The notes beneath the pieces were generated by a model. The model searched no databases. It saw only the letters and a program-made list of their open reading frames with translations, and had not been told where the DNA came from. This document shows, one piece after another, positions 55,601 through 64,000 of a DNA stretch of 64,000 nt. Origin of the DNA: Bacteroidales bacterium (GTDB taxonomy: Bacteria > Bacteroidota > Bacteroidia > Bacteroidales > UBA12077); contig OY762280.1 in assembly GCA_963665525.1 (NCBI GenBank), forward strand, positions 3,873,188 through 3,937,187, read 5' to 3'. Within the stretch, counting starts at the first letter, position 1. Each line of letters opens with the position of its first letter. The position numbers and the translations under genes are program-made.

Positions 55601-57522
55601 GTCCATTGGATGAAGGGAAATTTTTAAAACTAGAATTTTTATCATTTAATGTTGAACCATACGGGAGTAGTTGTTATGATTATTTAAAGATTTTTGATGG
55701 TGAAAATACAGAAGCTGATCTGATTGGTACTTATTGTGATTCCAACAAACCAGATATTATTGAGGCTACGAATGAAATGGGGGCATTAACTTTTACTTTT
55801 TATTCAGATGGATCTGAAATAAGGAGTGGTTGGGAAGCTGAGGTTAAAAGTTTTGCAGGTTATGATTACACATTAACCATTACTGGACCAAATGGACCTG
55901 TTGAAGGGGCTTCTGTTGAACTGCTTGGAAGAACAGAGACTACAGGTGTAGATGGAATAGTTAGTTTTTATAATATCCCTGAAGGAATTAATTATATCTT
56001 ATCTATCACAGCAACCGGATATGAAGATTTTGAAAGTAGTATCAATATTTTTGATAACACAACAGAGGAGATTACTCTTGAAGAAGCTAAATTTGATATT
56101 ACATTTAATCTAATGGATGAGGATGGATCTGTTGATGGTGATGTTACTTTTAATGGCGAAACATTATCAACAGAAAATGGCTCTGTTACCTTCAAAGATG
56201 TTATTTATAGTACTAACGAAACATACTTAATTCAGGCCTTTGCACATGCTGATTCTACAGCATCTATAGAAGTTACTTCAGATTTAAGTTTAATTATTAC
56301 ATTAAAGAGCTATAAATTCGATGTGGAATTTATTATTTCAGATGGAGTAGATCCAATACAAGGTGCTATAGTTGAATTTGATAACAAAGATATTTATACA
56401 AATATGAGTGGTGTTGCCATCTTTAATCAGGTAAAAATGGATACAGCCTTATATTATACTGTTCGTAAAACAGGGTATAATAATCTTACAGATAAAATAA
56501 ATGTGCTTGATAATTTAAGCCTTAATCTTATCATGGGTAGTGGAATAGCTAGCTTTAAAGTGGTTTTTGAAGTCCAAGGTGAAAGTGCTCCATTATATAA
56601 TGCTCAAGTGGTACTCGATGAAGATACTTTATATACAAATACTGAAGGAATAGCTACTTTTACTAATGTGGTGGAAGCAACAGGTATTCCGTATAAGATT
56701 TCAAAAGTACATTTCGATGATGCTAGTGGAACAATTGATGTTGCCGGTGATAATATTTTTAAAGAAGTAAACCTTAAATATACAACCTACGAAATAGTAT
56801 TCAATATTGATGATGGTAATAATCCAGTTGAAGAAGCAGTTGTTAGTTTTGATGGGAAAAGCGGAAGTACAGATGCAAATGGACAATGTATTTTTGATGT
56901 GGTTTATTCTTTAAATAAAAAATACACAATATCGAAGTTTGGATATGATATTCTTAATGGAAAAGTAAATGCAGATGCTGATAAATTAATTTTTGAGAGT
57001 TTATCTTTATCTGCCTACAATGTTACATTTTATCTTATAGGACCAGATTCTTATGCAATAGAAAATGCAACTGTAGAGTTTAATGGTGAAAGTAAATATA
57101 CAGATCCAACAGGTAAAGCAATTTTCGAGGATGTTGCTTGTGATTACAATAAGGAATTTACATTAAGTAAAACAGGATTTAACAATTATGATAGTACACT
57201 AAATGTAATAGATAAAGATGTTATATTTAATGCCCAGTTATCAGTTTTTACAGCAGTAGATCAGTTGGCAGAAAATGCTATCGCAGTTTATCCAAACCCA
57301 TCAAATGGGTTGTTTAATATCGAAATTTCAAGTGCTGAAGAAAAATCATATCAAGTGAAGGTGTTTGATGTTATTGGTTCAATAGTTTATTCAAATAGTT
57401 ATCATGGTGTTTCTCTTATTAAAGAACAAGTAAATATTACACATAAAGCGAAAGGTATGTATTTCTTATCTATTGAATCGGATGATGGTTCCATCATAAG
57501 CAAACGTATTCTCGTGAAATAA
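52681..57522 (+). CDS. Gingipain-family (peptidase C25) T9SS-secreted cysteine protease with CUB-like domain, six CarboxypepD_reg-like repeats and a type A CTD
   Basis: 1613 aa with a signal peptide and propeptide-like N-terminus. The catalytic His is in SNYTAHCGSSGWSDP and the catalytic Cys is in YPLIIGNCCQSNTF. The CUB-like segment is about 55530-55850 (FYDTGGSLGNYSN..YDYLKIFDG..LIGTYCD). Six divergent repeats of about 77 aa span about 55858-57240. The CTD reads AVYPNPSNGLFNIE..KGMYFLSIE..KRILVK. Confidence 0.85.
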   Translation: MMKRAVYLLFFVFVFGGLSAQQKTKIQLVKNKKANENTEQLSLKPNGFILRESISAFDMINKETKDGTYHRIELNGLSKTFDAGKPDLPVMNRLIEVPLNADAKIKVLNYEEEIVDLKNYGIERQIIPAQPSLSKSDDPEKVKFHKDKEIYSRNQFFKKEMVRIEDRGYLRDKHLAYIEISPFSYNPVSNTLKVITNIEIEVNYVQKNSPKLTNVSKLQSPYFKDIVYNTINKSEESKELINAPVKYVIVSDRMFEETLQPFIEWKTMKGYHVIEAYTDIIGTSKADIKNYLQDLYDNPSDGVSPTFVLLVGDVDQIPAYSSSGHYTDLYYFEYTGDKLPEVFYGRFSAESIEELQPQIDKTLEVEKYEMPDPSYLDNVVLVAGVDGGMAPTHGNGAINYSNAYYTNTDNGITSYYYLYGDDSGVMSSNSSGASASIRSYISEGVSFSNYTAHCGSSGWSDPSFTKSHIEGLTNEHMYPLIIGNCCQSNTFYDDDCFGEEILMAANKGAVGYIGGSDLTYWDEDYYWGVGLASSITANPTYEGTGLGAYDRFFHLNGEAKEDWYITQGQINVAGNLAVEASGSGLKTYYWEIYHLMGDPSLTPYVTVPETLFANYESEVIIGVNAFEVITEENAYVAISKDGVLLDARLANESGMVNLSFEPLSEVGELDLVITKQNRQPLIDKIYIKPASTPYVIVDYHLIDDDLGNSNLEADYGETIKLDVQFKNVSDSYDALNLIANLTSNDTNLVITDNTENLGTILKSDSAKVEGAYTIQLKNKFNDQHEIPFEVVVAGKDSENNDYTWDSKFSIIVNAPELEIEDLFIDDSEENDNGILDPGETADISLIVANNGHSAIADLNGIATILADGGTYLTLNNTETGSFSVDAFKTDTIHFNATANSETPIGTMTYLTFDVNDVLYNYYTVSSNKELNIGEIPEILISDNDTTIADKAYFYDTGGSLGNYSNYEKDTITLSPLDEGKFLKLEFLSFNVEPYGSSCYDYLKIFDGENTEADLIGTYCDSNKPDIIEATNEMGALTFTFYSDGSEIRSGWEAEVKSFAGYDYTLTITGPNGPVEGASVELLGRTETTGVDGIVSFYNIPEGINYILSITATGYEDFESSINIFDNTTEEITLEEAKFDITFNLMDEDGSVDGDVTFNGETLSTENGSVTFKDVIYSTNETYLIQAFAHADSTASIEVTSDLSLIITLKSYKFDVEFIISDGVDPIQGAIVEFDNKDIYTNMSGVAIFNQVKMDTALYYTVRKTGYNNLTDKINVLDNLSLNLIMGSGIASFKVVFEVQGESAPLYNAQVVLDEDTLYTNTEGIATFTNVVEATGIPYKISKVHFDDASGTIDVAGDNIFKEVNLKYTTYEIVFNIDDGNNPVEEAVVSFDGKSGSTDANGQCIFDVVYSLNKKYTISKFGYDILNGKVNADADKLIFESLSLSAYNVTFYLIGPDSYAIENATVEFNGESKYTDPTGKAIFEDVACDYNKEFTLSKTGFNNYDSTLNVIDKDVIFNAQLSVFTAVDQLAENAIAVYPNPSNGLFNIEISSAEEKSYQVKVFDVIGSIVYSNSYHGVSLIKEQVNITHKAKGMYFLSIESDDGSIISKRILVK

Positions 57523-57542
57523 GCCGTAAAGAAATTTATAAT

Positions 57543-57568
57543 CCCGATCATTTGGATCGGGTTTTTTT
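57543..57568 (+). terminator. Rho-independent terminator
   Basis: Stem cccgatc/gatcggg with a 5-nt loop, followed by ttttttt. Confidence 0.75.
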
Positions 57569-57614
57569 GTGTCATTAAAAATGATGATATTTATCTTTTA
57601 AAATTATAATTCCA

Positions 57615-58277
57615 TTGAAAGAAAATAAAAAACGATTTTTTTATAGCTTGGTTTTTCCGATATTTTTTTTGTTGGTGATATGGTCTGTAAAGATTTCTGA
57701 AATTTTATTGGATATAGATTTGGCTTATTTAGGGATTTTTCCTTTAAAAGCGAAGGGTTTAATAGGTATAATGACGGCTCCCTTAATTCATTCCGATTTT
57801 GAACATTTAATAGCCAATAGTATTCCGATACTAATTCTTGGTACAGGTTTATTCTATTTTTATAATAAAATAGCTTATAAGGTTTTTTTTCTTAGCTATT
57901 TAATTGCAAATATCTGGATTTGGTTTGGTGCTCGACAGGCTTACCACATTGGAGCAAGTGGCTTAGTATATAGTTTTGCTTCGTTTTTATTTTTTAGTGG
58001 AGTATTTAGTAGAAATATTCGTTTAGTTGCTATTTCTTTGTTGGTAGTATTTTTATATGGAAGCATGATATGGGGTGTATTACCTATTCAACCTCACATA
58101 TCCTGGGAATCTCATTTAATGGGAGCAATTGCCGGAATGGTATTAGCAGTTTATTATAGAAAAGATGGTCCCGGAAGGAAAATCTATAGTTGGGAATTAG
58201 ATGATGAAGATGATTTAGAGGAAGATCGATACTGGGAAGTTGATATTGAACAAAAGGAAAGGAATCATGAAAAATAA
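57615..58277 (+). CDS. Rhomboid family intramembrane serine protease
   Basis: 220 aa with an apparent TTG start. HSDFEHLIANS, the catalytic Ser in HIGASGLVYSF and the catalytic His in ESHLMGAIAG are present. Confidence 0.8.
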   Translation: MKENKKRFFYSLVFPIFFLLVIWSVKISEILLDIDLAYLGIFPLKAKGLIGIMTAPLIHSDFEHLIANSIPILILGTGLFYFYNKIAYKVFFLSYLIANIWIWFGARQAYHIGASGLVYSFASFLFFSGVFSRNIRLVAISLLVVFLYGSMIWGVLPIQPHISWESHLMGAIAGMVLAVYYRKDGPGRKIYSWELDDEDDLEEDRYWEVDIEQKERNHEK

Positions 58278-58944
58278 AGTTTTATTTATTGCATTTTTAT
58301 TTTGTACGACTGGAGTCTTTGCTCAGAAAACTTATGTAAAAACGGGAATAGCTAGTTTTTATGCCGATAAATTTGAGGGTAGGCAAACAGCGAATGGAGA
58401 AATCTATTATCATGCCAAAAGGACTGCTGCACATCGAACATTACCTTTTGGAAGTGTTATAAAAGTTACTAACCTGGAGAATAATAGATATATTGTTGTT
58501 CGGGTGAATGATCGTGGCCCTTTTGTAGATAATCGTTTGATTGATTTATCGAAATCTGCTGCTCAAGAGCTGGGCTTTGTCGAAAAAGGATTAGCAAAAG
58601 TTCGAGTGGAAGTTATTGCCAATACCAATGATTTGCCTGACAATAAAAAAGAAACCAAAAATATAAACAAAGGCGTTTACTATAAATTAAATTCCGAAAA
58701 GGTTAACCCGAAGGGTAAAGGTGTGCAAATAGGTAGTTATACCGAAGATGAAAATGTTATGAATCTTATAGCAGACCTAAAAGCCGAATTCAAACAAAAT
58801 ATTTATGTTGAAGTCGCTCAAATCAAGAAGAAAAATGTTTACCGAATAATTATTGGTAATTCAACCAATGAATCAGAACTACAAAATCTACGAAAAAAAC
58901 TTAAAAGAAAATTTCCCGATTGCTTTATCGTTGAATTTAAATAA
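58267..58944 (+). CDS. rlpA: Septal-ring lytic transglycosylase RlpA family protein with C-terminal SPOR domain
   Basis: The ATG at 58267 gives the signal peptide MKNKVLFIAFLFCTTGVFAQ. This start overlaps the rhomboid 3' end by 11 nt. The DPBB domain is GIASFYADKFEGRQTANGE..AHRTLPFGS..VRVNDRGPF. The tail is SPOR-like (GVQIGSY..YRIIIG). Confidence 0.85.
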   Translation: MKNKVLFIAFLFCTTGVFAQKTYVKTGIASFYADKFEGRQTANGEIYYHAKRTAAHRTLPFGSVIKVTNLENNRYIVVRVNDRGPFVDNRLIDLSKSAAQELGFVEKGLAKVRVEVIANTNDLPDNKKETKNINKGVYYKLNSEKVNPKGKGVQIGSYTEDENVMNLIADLKAEFKQNIYVEVAQIKKKNVYRIIIGNSTNESELQNLRKKLKRKFPDCFIVEFK

Positions 58945-59796
58945 CTATCCTTGCGTTCTAAAAGCCCCAGAAACATGTAATTCCTTAGGATTAATACATA
59001 AAACAGGAATACTGCTTTTATTAAGCATTTCTTGGGCTGATGTTCCTAAAATAAAGTTTGCATCTGATACTTGCTCTGTCATAATTGAAATTAGATCGGC
59101 TTTAACTAAACTTGCATAATCGAGCACAAGATCCGTAAGGTTATTACCAGTTAATGATTCAGTTTCGAATTTAATATTTTTATTTTCCAGGTATTCGCAT
59201 ACCTGTTTTGAATAAGCCGATAGTTTTTTGCTGATATCCTCTGTTTGAAGCGATGTAACTGTAATAACATGTACTTCGGCATTATACCATTGTGCGATTT
59301 CTGCAGTAAATGGCAGCTTTTGTCTTGTGTCAACGGAAATATCCAGGGGTAAAATAATTTTAGATATATTACTTGGGATATTCGTTCCTCGAATGGTGAA
59401 AACAGGTTTATCGGTTGCTGATATAATTTTAAAAGTATTACTTCCTATAAAAAACTTCTCAAACCCTGAAGCACCATGTGTTGATGACACAATAAATGAA
59501 TCCGAAAATGACTCAACCTGGTTAACTACTTCACGATATATTTTTCCACTTTTAATGATAAATGATAAACCAACATTGTTTGATAATTTGGGGTTGTATT
59601 TTTCGATTATTGCCTGAAATTCTTTTTCAGCATATTTATATTCTTCTTCTTTTGATCCTGGATTATAATCCAAACTCTTTTTTTGAACATAAACCATTTC
59701 AATATTGCAAGCAATGTTTTTAGTTAAAACAATAGCAAGTTCTAAACCCTTTAATGCTTCTTCTGAAAAATCTATTGGAACAATAATTCGATACAT
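58945..59796 (-). CDS. Universal stress protein (tandem Usp domains)
   Basis: 283 aa. The sequence is MYRIIVPIDFSEEALKGLE..SSTHGASGFEKFFIGSNT.., followed by a second Usp half. Confidence 0.8.
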   Translation of the reverse strand: MYRIIVPIDFSEEALKGLELAIVLTKNIACNIEMVYVQKKSLDYNPGSKEEEYKYAEKEFQAIIEKYNPKLSNNVGLSFIIKSGKIYREVVNQVESFSDSFIVSSTHGASGFEKFFIGSNTFKIISATDKPVFTIRGTNIPSNISKIILPLDISVDTRQKLPFTAEIAQWYNAEVHVITVTSLQTEDISKKLSAYSKQVCEYLENKNIKFETESLTGNNLTDLVLDYASLVKADLISIMTEQVSDANFILGTSAQEMLNKSSIPVLCINPKELHVSGAFRTQG

Positions 59797-59877
59797 GATT
59801 GCTGAATTTAGTAAATAAAATTAAGTACGATATTTTTACTAAATATCGTAAACTTTTTAATATTCAGCAACAGTAAA

Positions 59878-60489
59878 TTAATCTATATGCTTAAAAAAAG
59901 ATCTTTCAAACAATAAGATGTAAGCTACACCAATGGTTATGGCCGAATCAGCAATGTTAAAAACGGGGCGAAAAAAGATAAAATCTTTTCCTCCCCAAAA
60001 TGGGAACCAGCTGGGATAGTGACCACTAAAGAGTGGGAAATATAACATGTCTACAACCCTTCCTTGCAGCCAAGTCGAATAACCTCCATCGTTAGGCATG
60101 AACTCTGCAATCTGATAGAAGCTTTCATCGAAAATGACACCATAAAAAACACTATCTAGGATGTTTCCTAATGCTCCGGCCATAATAAGAGCTATACTTA
60201 TAATAACCATCTTGGGTGCGTTTTGCTTAATTAAGGTTTTAAGATACCAACCAATACCTACAACAGCAATGATACGAAATAAGGTTAAAAATATTTTTCC
60301 ACTCTTACCCCAGAATTCCATTCCGAAAGCCATGCCATTATTTTCAGTAAAATGGATAATAAACCAATCACCAAGAATTTTATATTCTTGTCCTAAAATC
60401 ATATGAGTCTTAATCCATATCTTGACAGCCTGATCAATTATTAAAACTAATAGTATAATAATGATTGATTTAGTGGTGATTGATTTCAT
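59878..60489 (-). CDS. lspA: Lipoprotein signal peptidase (signal peptidase II)
   Basis: 203 aa. NNGMAFGM is the NxGxAFG motif, and VVDMLYF and FNIADSAITIG carry the catalytic Asp motifs. Confidence 0.9.
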   Translation of the reverse strand: MKSITTKSIIIILLVLIIDQAVKIWIKTHMILGQEYKILGDWFIIHFTENNGMAFGMEFWGKSGKIFLTLFRIIAVVGIGWYLKTLIKQNAPKMVIISIALIMAGALGNILDSVFYGVIFDESFYQIAEFMPNDGGYSTWLQGRVVDMLYFPLFSGHYPSWFPFWGGKDFIFFRPVFNIADSAITIGVAYILLFERSFFKHID

Positions 60490-60536
60490 TGTATTTAGTT
60501 TTTAATTGCGTGTAAAACTATTAAAAAGAGTTGAAT

Positions 60537-60572
60537 AATAAAAAATGATTGGTTCGAAAAGAACCAATCATT
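60537..60572 (-). terminator. Rho-independent hairpin between the dksA-like gene and lspA
   Basis: Stem aatgattggttc/gaaccaatcatt (12 bp) with a 5-nt loop. A T-rich tract follows on the minus strand. Confidence 0.6.
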
Positions 60573-60596
60573 TCATAAAATATGTTAAACTGAATA

Positions 60597-60974
60597 TTAA
60601 CGTTGATTTTGTTTGGCAACAATACTTAATGTTGCATGAGGAACTGCACGAAGCCTTTCCTTAGAAATTAATTTGCCGGTTTCGCGACAAATCCCATAAG
60701 TCTTATTTTCAATACGAACAAGAGCAGCTTGCAAATGTTGAATAAACTTTTGTTGGCGTTGCGCCAACCTTCCAGCTTCTTCTTTTGAAAGTGTAGCTGC
60801 ACCTTCTTCTAAAACTTTAAAAGTAGGCGAAGTATCTTGAGTATCATTACTTTCGCTATGAGTTATTGTCTTTTTTAATATATCATAGTCAATTTGTGCT
60901 TTCTCAAGTTTCTGAAGAATGATTTCTTTGAATTCCGCCAACTCTTCATCTGTGTACCTAGTCTTTTCCGCCAT
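60597..60974 (-). CDS. DksA/TraR family protein with degenerate zinc finger
   Basis: 125 aa. A coiled-coil region is followed by YGICRETGKLISKERLRAVPHATLSIVA. This matches the DksA C-terminal pattern, but CxxC..CxxC is replaced by CxxT..SxxA. Confidence 0.75.
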   Translation of the reverse strand: MAEKTRYTDEELAEFKEIILQKLEKAQIDYDILKKTITHSESNDTQDTSPTFKVLEEGAATLSKEEAGRLAQRQQKFIQHLQAALVRIENKTYGICRETGKLISKERLRAVPHATLSIVAKQNQR

Positions 60975-61047
60975 AATTCATCAAATTTAAGTTGATCTAA
61001 AGATAGCAAATTTTTTTAATCAAAAAAGTAATTGCTAATTTAACTTA

Positions 61048-64000
61048 TTAACTAATCTTATCGATTTTAATGTTCGTTTTAATCTCTTCGTCAATTTCTA
61101 CGAAATGTACTGAATTTTGTTCGAAATTATCCACTAAATCAATCGATTTAGCTAGAGTTTGAGCACTGATATAATCTCTATGCTTTTCAATAGCTGTATT
61201 AATTAGATCGTGCTTTTGTATTTGTATCTCAATCTTATCTGTTACATCAAAATTACTATCTTTTCTAATGTTTTGAATTCTGTTGATAAATTCACGGGCA
61301 ATACCTTCTTCTCTTAATTCTTCGGTAACTGTAATGTCTAAGGCAACAGTTAATTTGCCGTCGTTAGCAACAAGTAATCCTGGGATATCTTCTGATGTAA
61401 TTTCAACATCTTCCAAAGTAAGATTGATCTTCTCTGTATCAACGTTTAATTCGAATGTTTCATTGCGTTCAAAGGTAACAATATCTTCTTGCGACATTTG
61501 TGCAACTGCACCCGAAATTTGTTTCATTAACTTACCATACTTAGGGCCTAATGTTTTAAAGTTAGGCTTGATCTTCTTAACTAAAACGCCTGTAGTATCA
61601 GTAATATATTCAACCTCTTTTACATTCACTTCAGCAAGAACTAAATTGCGTACAGCTTCGAATTTACTTTGTAACGATCTATCAAGGATAGGAATCATTA
61701 GTTTGTTTAATGGCTGACGAACTTTGATACTTACTTTACGACGTAATGCAAGAACCATAGAAGAAACACGTTGTGCAATGTCCATTTTTTCTTCTAAATC
61801 CTTATCGATATAAGTTTCGTTATATTTAGGGAAATCAGAAATGTGAACTGATTCTGTTTTGTCAATTCCTGTTATCTCGTTCAAATCAGTAAAAATCTGA
61901 TCGGCAAAGAATGGAGAAATTGGTGCCATTAATCTTGCAACAGTTTCTAAACAAGTATATAATGTTTGGTAAGCAGCGATTTTATCTTTTGAATATTCGC
62001 CACCCCAATAACGTTTACGATTTAATCGAACGTACCAGTTACTTAGATTTTCGGTAACAAAATCCTGGATTGCACGTCCTGCACGAGTTGGTTCGTAATT
62101 TTCATAATCGCTTTCTACCTCTTTTACAAGTGAGTTTAATAATGAGATAATCCAACGATCGATCTCTGGACGTTCTTCAACAGGAATTTCTTCTTCTGCA
62201 AATTTAAATCCATCAACATTTGCATAAAGAGCAAAGAAACCATATGTGTTATAAAGTGTTCCAAAGAATTTACGTTTTACTTCATCAACTCCACTAATAT
62301 CAAATTTAAGGTTGTCCCAAGGTTGTGCATTGGTAATCATGTACCAGCGTAAAGGATCAGAACCATTCTTTTCGATAGTTTCAAATGGATCAACAGCATT
62401 TCCTAAACGTTTCGACATTTTAGCTCCGTTTTTATCCAGAACCAAACCATTCGAGATAATATTTTTAAATGCTACAGAGTCGAATAACATCGTAGCAATT
62501 GCATGCAATGTAAAGAACCAACCACGCGTTTGGTCAACACCTTCAGCAATAAAATCGGCAGGATAAACCTGATCGAATCCTTCTTTATTTTCAAATGGAT
62601 AATGTAACTGAGCATAAGGCATAGCACCAGAATCGAACCAAACATCAATTAAGTCTAATTCGCGAACCATTTTTTGACCACTATCTGAAACCAAATAAAT
62701 TCCATCAACATATGGACGGTGTAAATCAATTTTTTCGTAGTTTTCTTTTGAATTATCACCAACAACAAATTTTTCGTATGGATTTTTATCCATGAAACCA
62801 GCCTTCACTGATTTTTCTATTTCGGCGAAAAGTTCTTCAACCGAACCAATACATTTTATTTCGGTTCTGTCTTCAGAAACCCAAATTGGAAGTGGAGTTC
62901 CCCAATAACGAGAACGTGATAGGTTCCAGTCTTGAAGGTTTTCTAACCATTTTCCGAAACGTCCTGTTCCAGTTGATTCTGGTTTCCAGTTGATGGTTTT
63001 ATTCAATTCCATCATTTTATCCTTAAGAGCAGTTGTTCTTACAAACCACGAATCTAACGGATAATAAAGAACAGGCTTATCTGTTCTCCAACAATGTGGA
63101 TAATTGTGAACATGTTTCTCTATTTTAAATGCTTTATTTTCTTTTTTAAGCATTACTGAGATATCCACATCTATAGTCGCATCATTTTCAGTAAGATTTG
63201 CATCATATTCATTTTTCACAAACCGTCCTGCAAAAGGAGTATATGTATCTTTGTTTACATTTTTAGCAACAAATTCAGGGTCTAGTTCTTCAATTGGGAA
63301 CATACGTCCTTGTTTGTCAACCATTGGATTCATGTTTCCTTCTTTATCGTAAACTACCAATGGAGCAATGTTACTTTGTTTTGCAACGCGATCATCATCG
63401 GCACCAAAAGTAGGAGCAATGTGTACGATACCTGTTCCATCTTCAGTAGTAACGTAATCACCTAATATTACTCTGAAAGCATCGCCATCGGGTTTAACCC
63501 AATCGATTAATTGTTCGTAACGAACTCCTTCTAATTCTTTTCCATTGTATTCTGAAAGAACTTTATAAGGAACTTTTTTATCACCTTCTTTATAATCTTC
63601 AAGATTTAATTCTGCAGCTTTTTTATCGAAGTGAGCATTGAATAAATCTTTAGCAAGAACCACGGTGATAGGTTCTCCTGTGTATTGGTTGAAAGTTCTA
63701 ACTTTTACATAATTTATTCCAGGGCCTACAGCAAGTGCGGTATTAGATGGTAACGTCCAAGGTGTAGTTGTCCATGCTAAGAAATAAACTTTTGTATCAA
63801 CGTTTTCAAATAAAAATTCAGATTCGTTGTTTTTGATAACTTCGAATTGAGCAACACAAGTCGTATCCTTAACATCGCGATAACAACCCGGTTGATTCAA
63901 TTCGTGTGTGCTTAAACCAGTACCAGCAGCAGGCGAATATGGTTGTATTGTATATCCTTTATATAAAAGATCTTTTTCGAAAAGTTGTTTTAATAACCAC
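61048..64000 (-). CDS. ileS: Isoleucine--tRNA ligase, 3' portion (N-terminus beyond the window end)
   Basis: The frame stays open to nt 64000. KMSKRLGN is the KMSKS motif. A CP1 editing-domain region (WTTTPWTLPSN) and an anticodon-binding region are present. The Met at 63900 used by the ORF track is internal. Confidence 0.95.
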   Translation of the reverse strand, partial: WLLKQLFEKDLLYKGYTIQPYSPAAGTGLSTHELNQPGCYRDVKDTTCVAQFEVIKNNESEFLFENVDTKVYFLAWTTTPWTLPSNTALAVGPGINYVKVRTFNQYTGEPITVVLAKDLFNAHFDKKAAELNLEDYKEGDKKVPYKVLSEYNGKELEGVRYEQLIDWVKPDGDAFRVILGDYVTTEDGTGIVHIAPTFGADDDRVAKQSNIAPLVVYDKEGNMNPMVDKQGRMFPIEELDPEFVAKNVNKDTYTPFAGRFVKNEYDANLTENDATIDVDISVMLKKENKAFKIEKHVHNYPHCWRTDKPVLYYPLDSWFVRTTALKDKMMELNKTINWKPESTGTGRFGKWLENLQDWNLSRSRYWGTPLPIWVSEDRTEIKCIGSVEELFAEIEKSVKAGFMDKNPYEKFVVGDNSKENYEKIDLHRPYVDGIYLVSDSGQKMVRELDLIDVWFDSGAMPYAQLHYPFENKEGFDQVYPADFIAEGVDQTRGWFFTLHAIATMLFDSVAFKNIISNGLVLDKNGAKMSKRLGNAVDPFETIEKNGSDPLRWYMITNAQPWDNLKFDISGVDEVKRKFFGTLYNTYGFFALYANVDGFKFAEEEIPVEERPEIDRWIISLLNSLVKEVESDYENYEPTRAGRAIQDFVTENLSNWYVRLNRKRYWGGEYSKDKIAAYQTLYTCLETVARLMAPISPFFADQIFTDLNEITGIDKTESVHISDFPKYNETYIDKDLEEKMDIAQRVSSMVLALRRKVSIKVRQPLNKLMIPILDRSLQSKFEAVRNLVLAEVNVKEVEYITDTTGVLVKKIKPNFKTLGPKYGKLMKQISGAVAQMSQEDIVTFERNETFELNVDTEKINLTLEDVEITSEDIPGLLVANDGKLTVALDITVTEELREEGIAREFINRIQNIRKDSNFDVTDKIEIQIQKHDLINTAIEKHRDYISAQTLAKSIDLVDNFEQNSVHFVEIDEEIKTNIKIDKIS

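Noticed and set aside
1-64000. Sigma-54 promoters (TGGCAC-N5-TTGCW), looked for because rpoN is present
   Set aside because: TGGCA-containing sites that I scanned by eye (for example 4585, 9836, 53845, 57274, and 2357 on the minus strand) lack a correctly spaced GC element or lie inside coding sequence. None is convincing. A PWM scan would be needed for a firm negative.
1-64000. Mobile genetic elements or a genomic-island boundary
   Set aside because: I recognised no transposase, integrase, phage or conjugation genes, no terminal inverted repeats and no tRNA attachment site. Only the left-edge ATPase hints at accessory DNA, and its context lies outside the window.

Overview
AT-rich chromosomal segment of Bacteroidota type. 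The evidence is T9SS type A and type B C-terminal sorting domains, a PorP/SprF gene, and TAnnTTTG -7 promoter boxes 13-32 nt upstream of many start codons. I count about 45 protein genes. By eye I found no rRNA, tRNA, CRISPR array, transposase or integrase. Housekeeping genes: cysS, rbfA, a LolE-like permease, rpoN, asnS, ispD, cysH, lgt, lspA, a DksA-like gene and ileS (3' part only; its N-terminus lies past nt 64000). Envelope and accessory content: (1) a roughly 3000-aa SprB-like T9SS adhesin (6728-15733) followed directly by its PorP/SprF partner. It contains a 2916-bp array of 12 tandem 240/249-bp units with nested near-identical higher-order duplications. (2) A 1613-aa gingipain-family (C25) T9SS protease with a CUB-like module and six CarboxypepD_reg-like repeats. 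(3) A GbsR/MarR-regulated TolC-MFP-RND operon with a small P-II-like gene. (4) A CzcB plus CzcA operon in which the RND pump is fused in frame to a TolC-like outer-membrane factor through an internal signal-peptide-like segment. (5) A TetR gene whose operator-like motif recurs three times, ahead of a small cluster encoding an ACP-fold protein with Met at the phosphopantetheine-Ser position, a lipoprotein metallophosphoesterase and a small OM beta-barrel. (6) An MBOAT plus SGNH/DltD-like pair. (7) At the left edge, a truncated OLD-like ABC ATPase. I did not find a clear-cut new multi-gene system. The best leads are the RND-OMF fusion, the TetR/Ser-less-ACP cluster, the edge ATPase (the rest of any system would lie upstream of nt 1) and the recombination-prone adhesin repeat array. 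All family calls come from motif recognition by eye and need HMM or BLAST confirmation.
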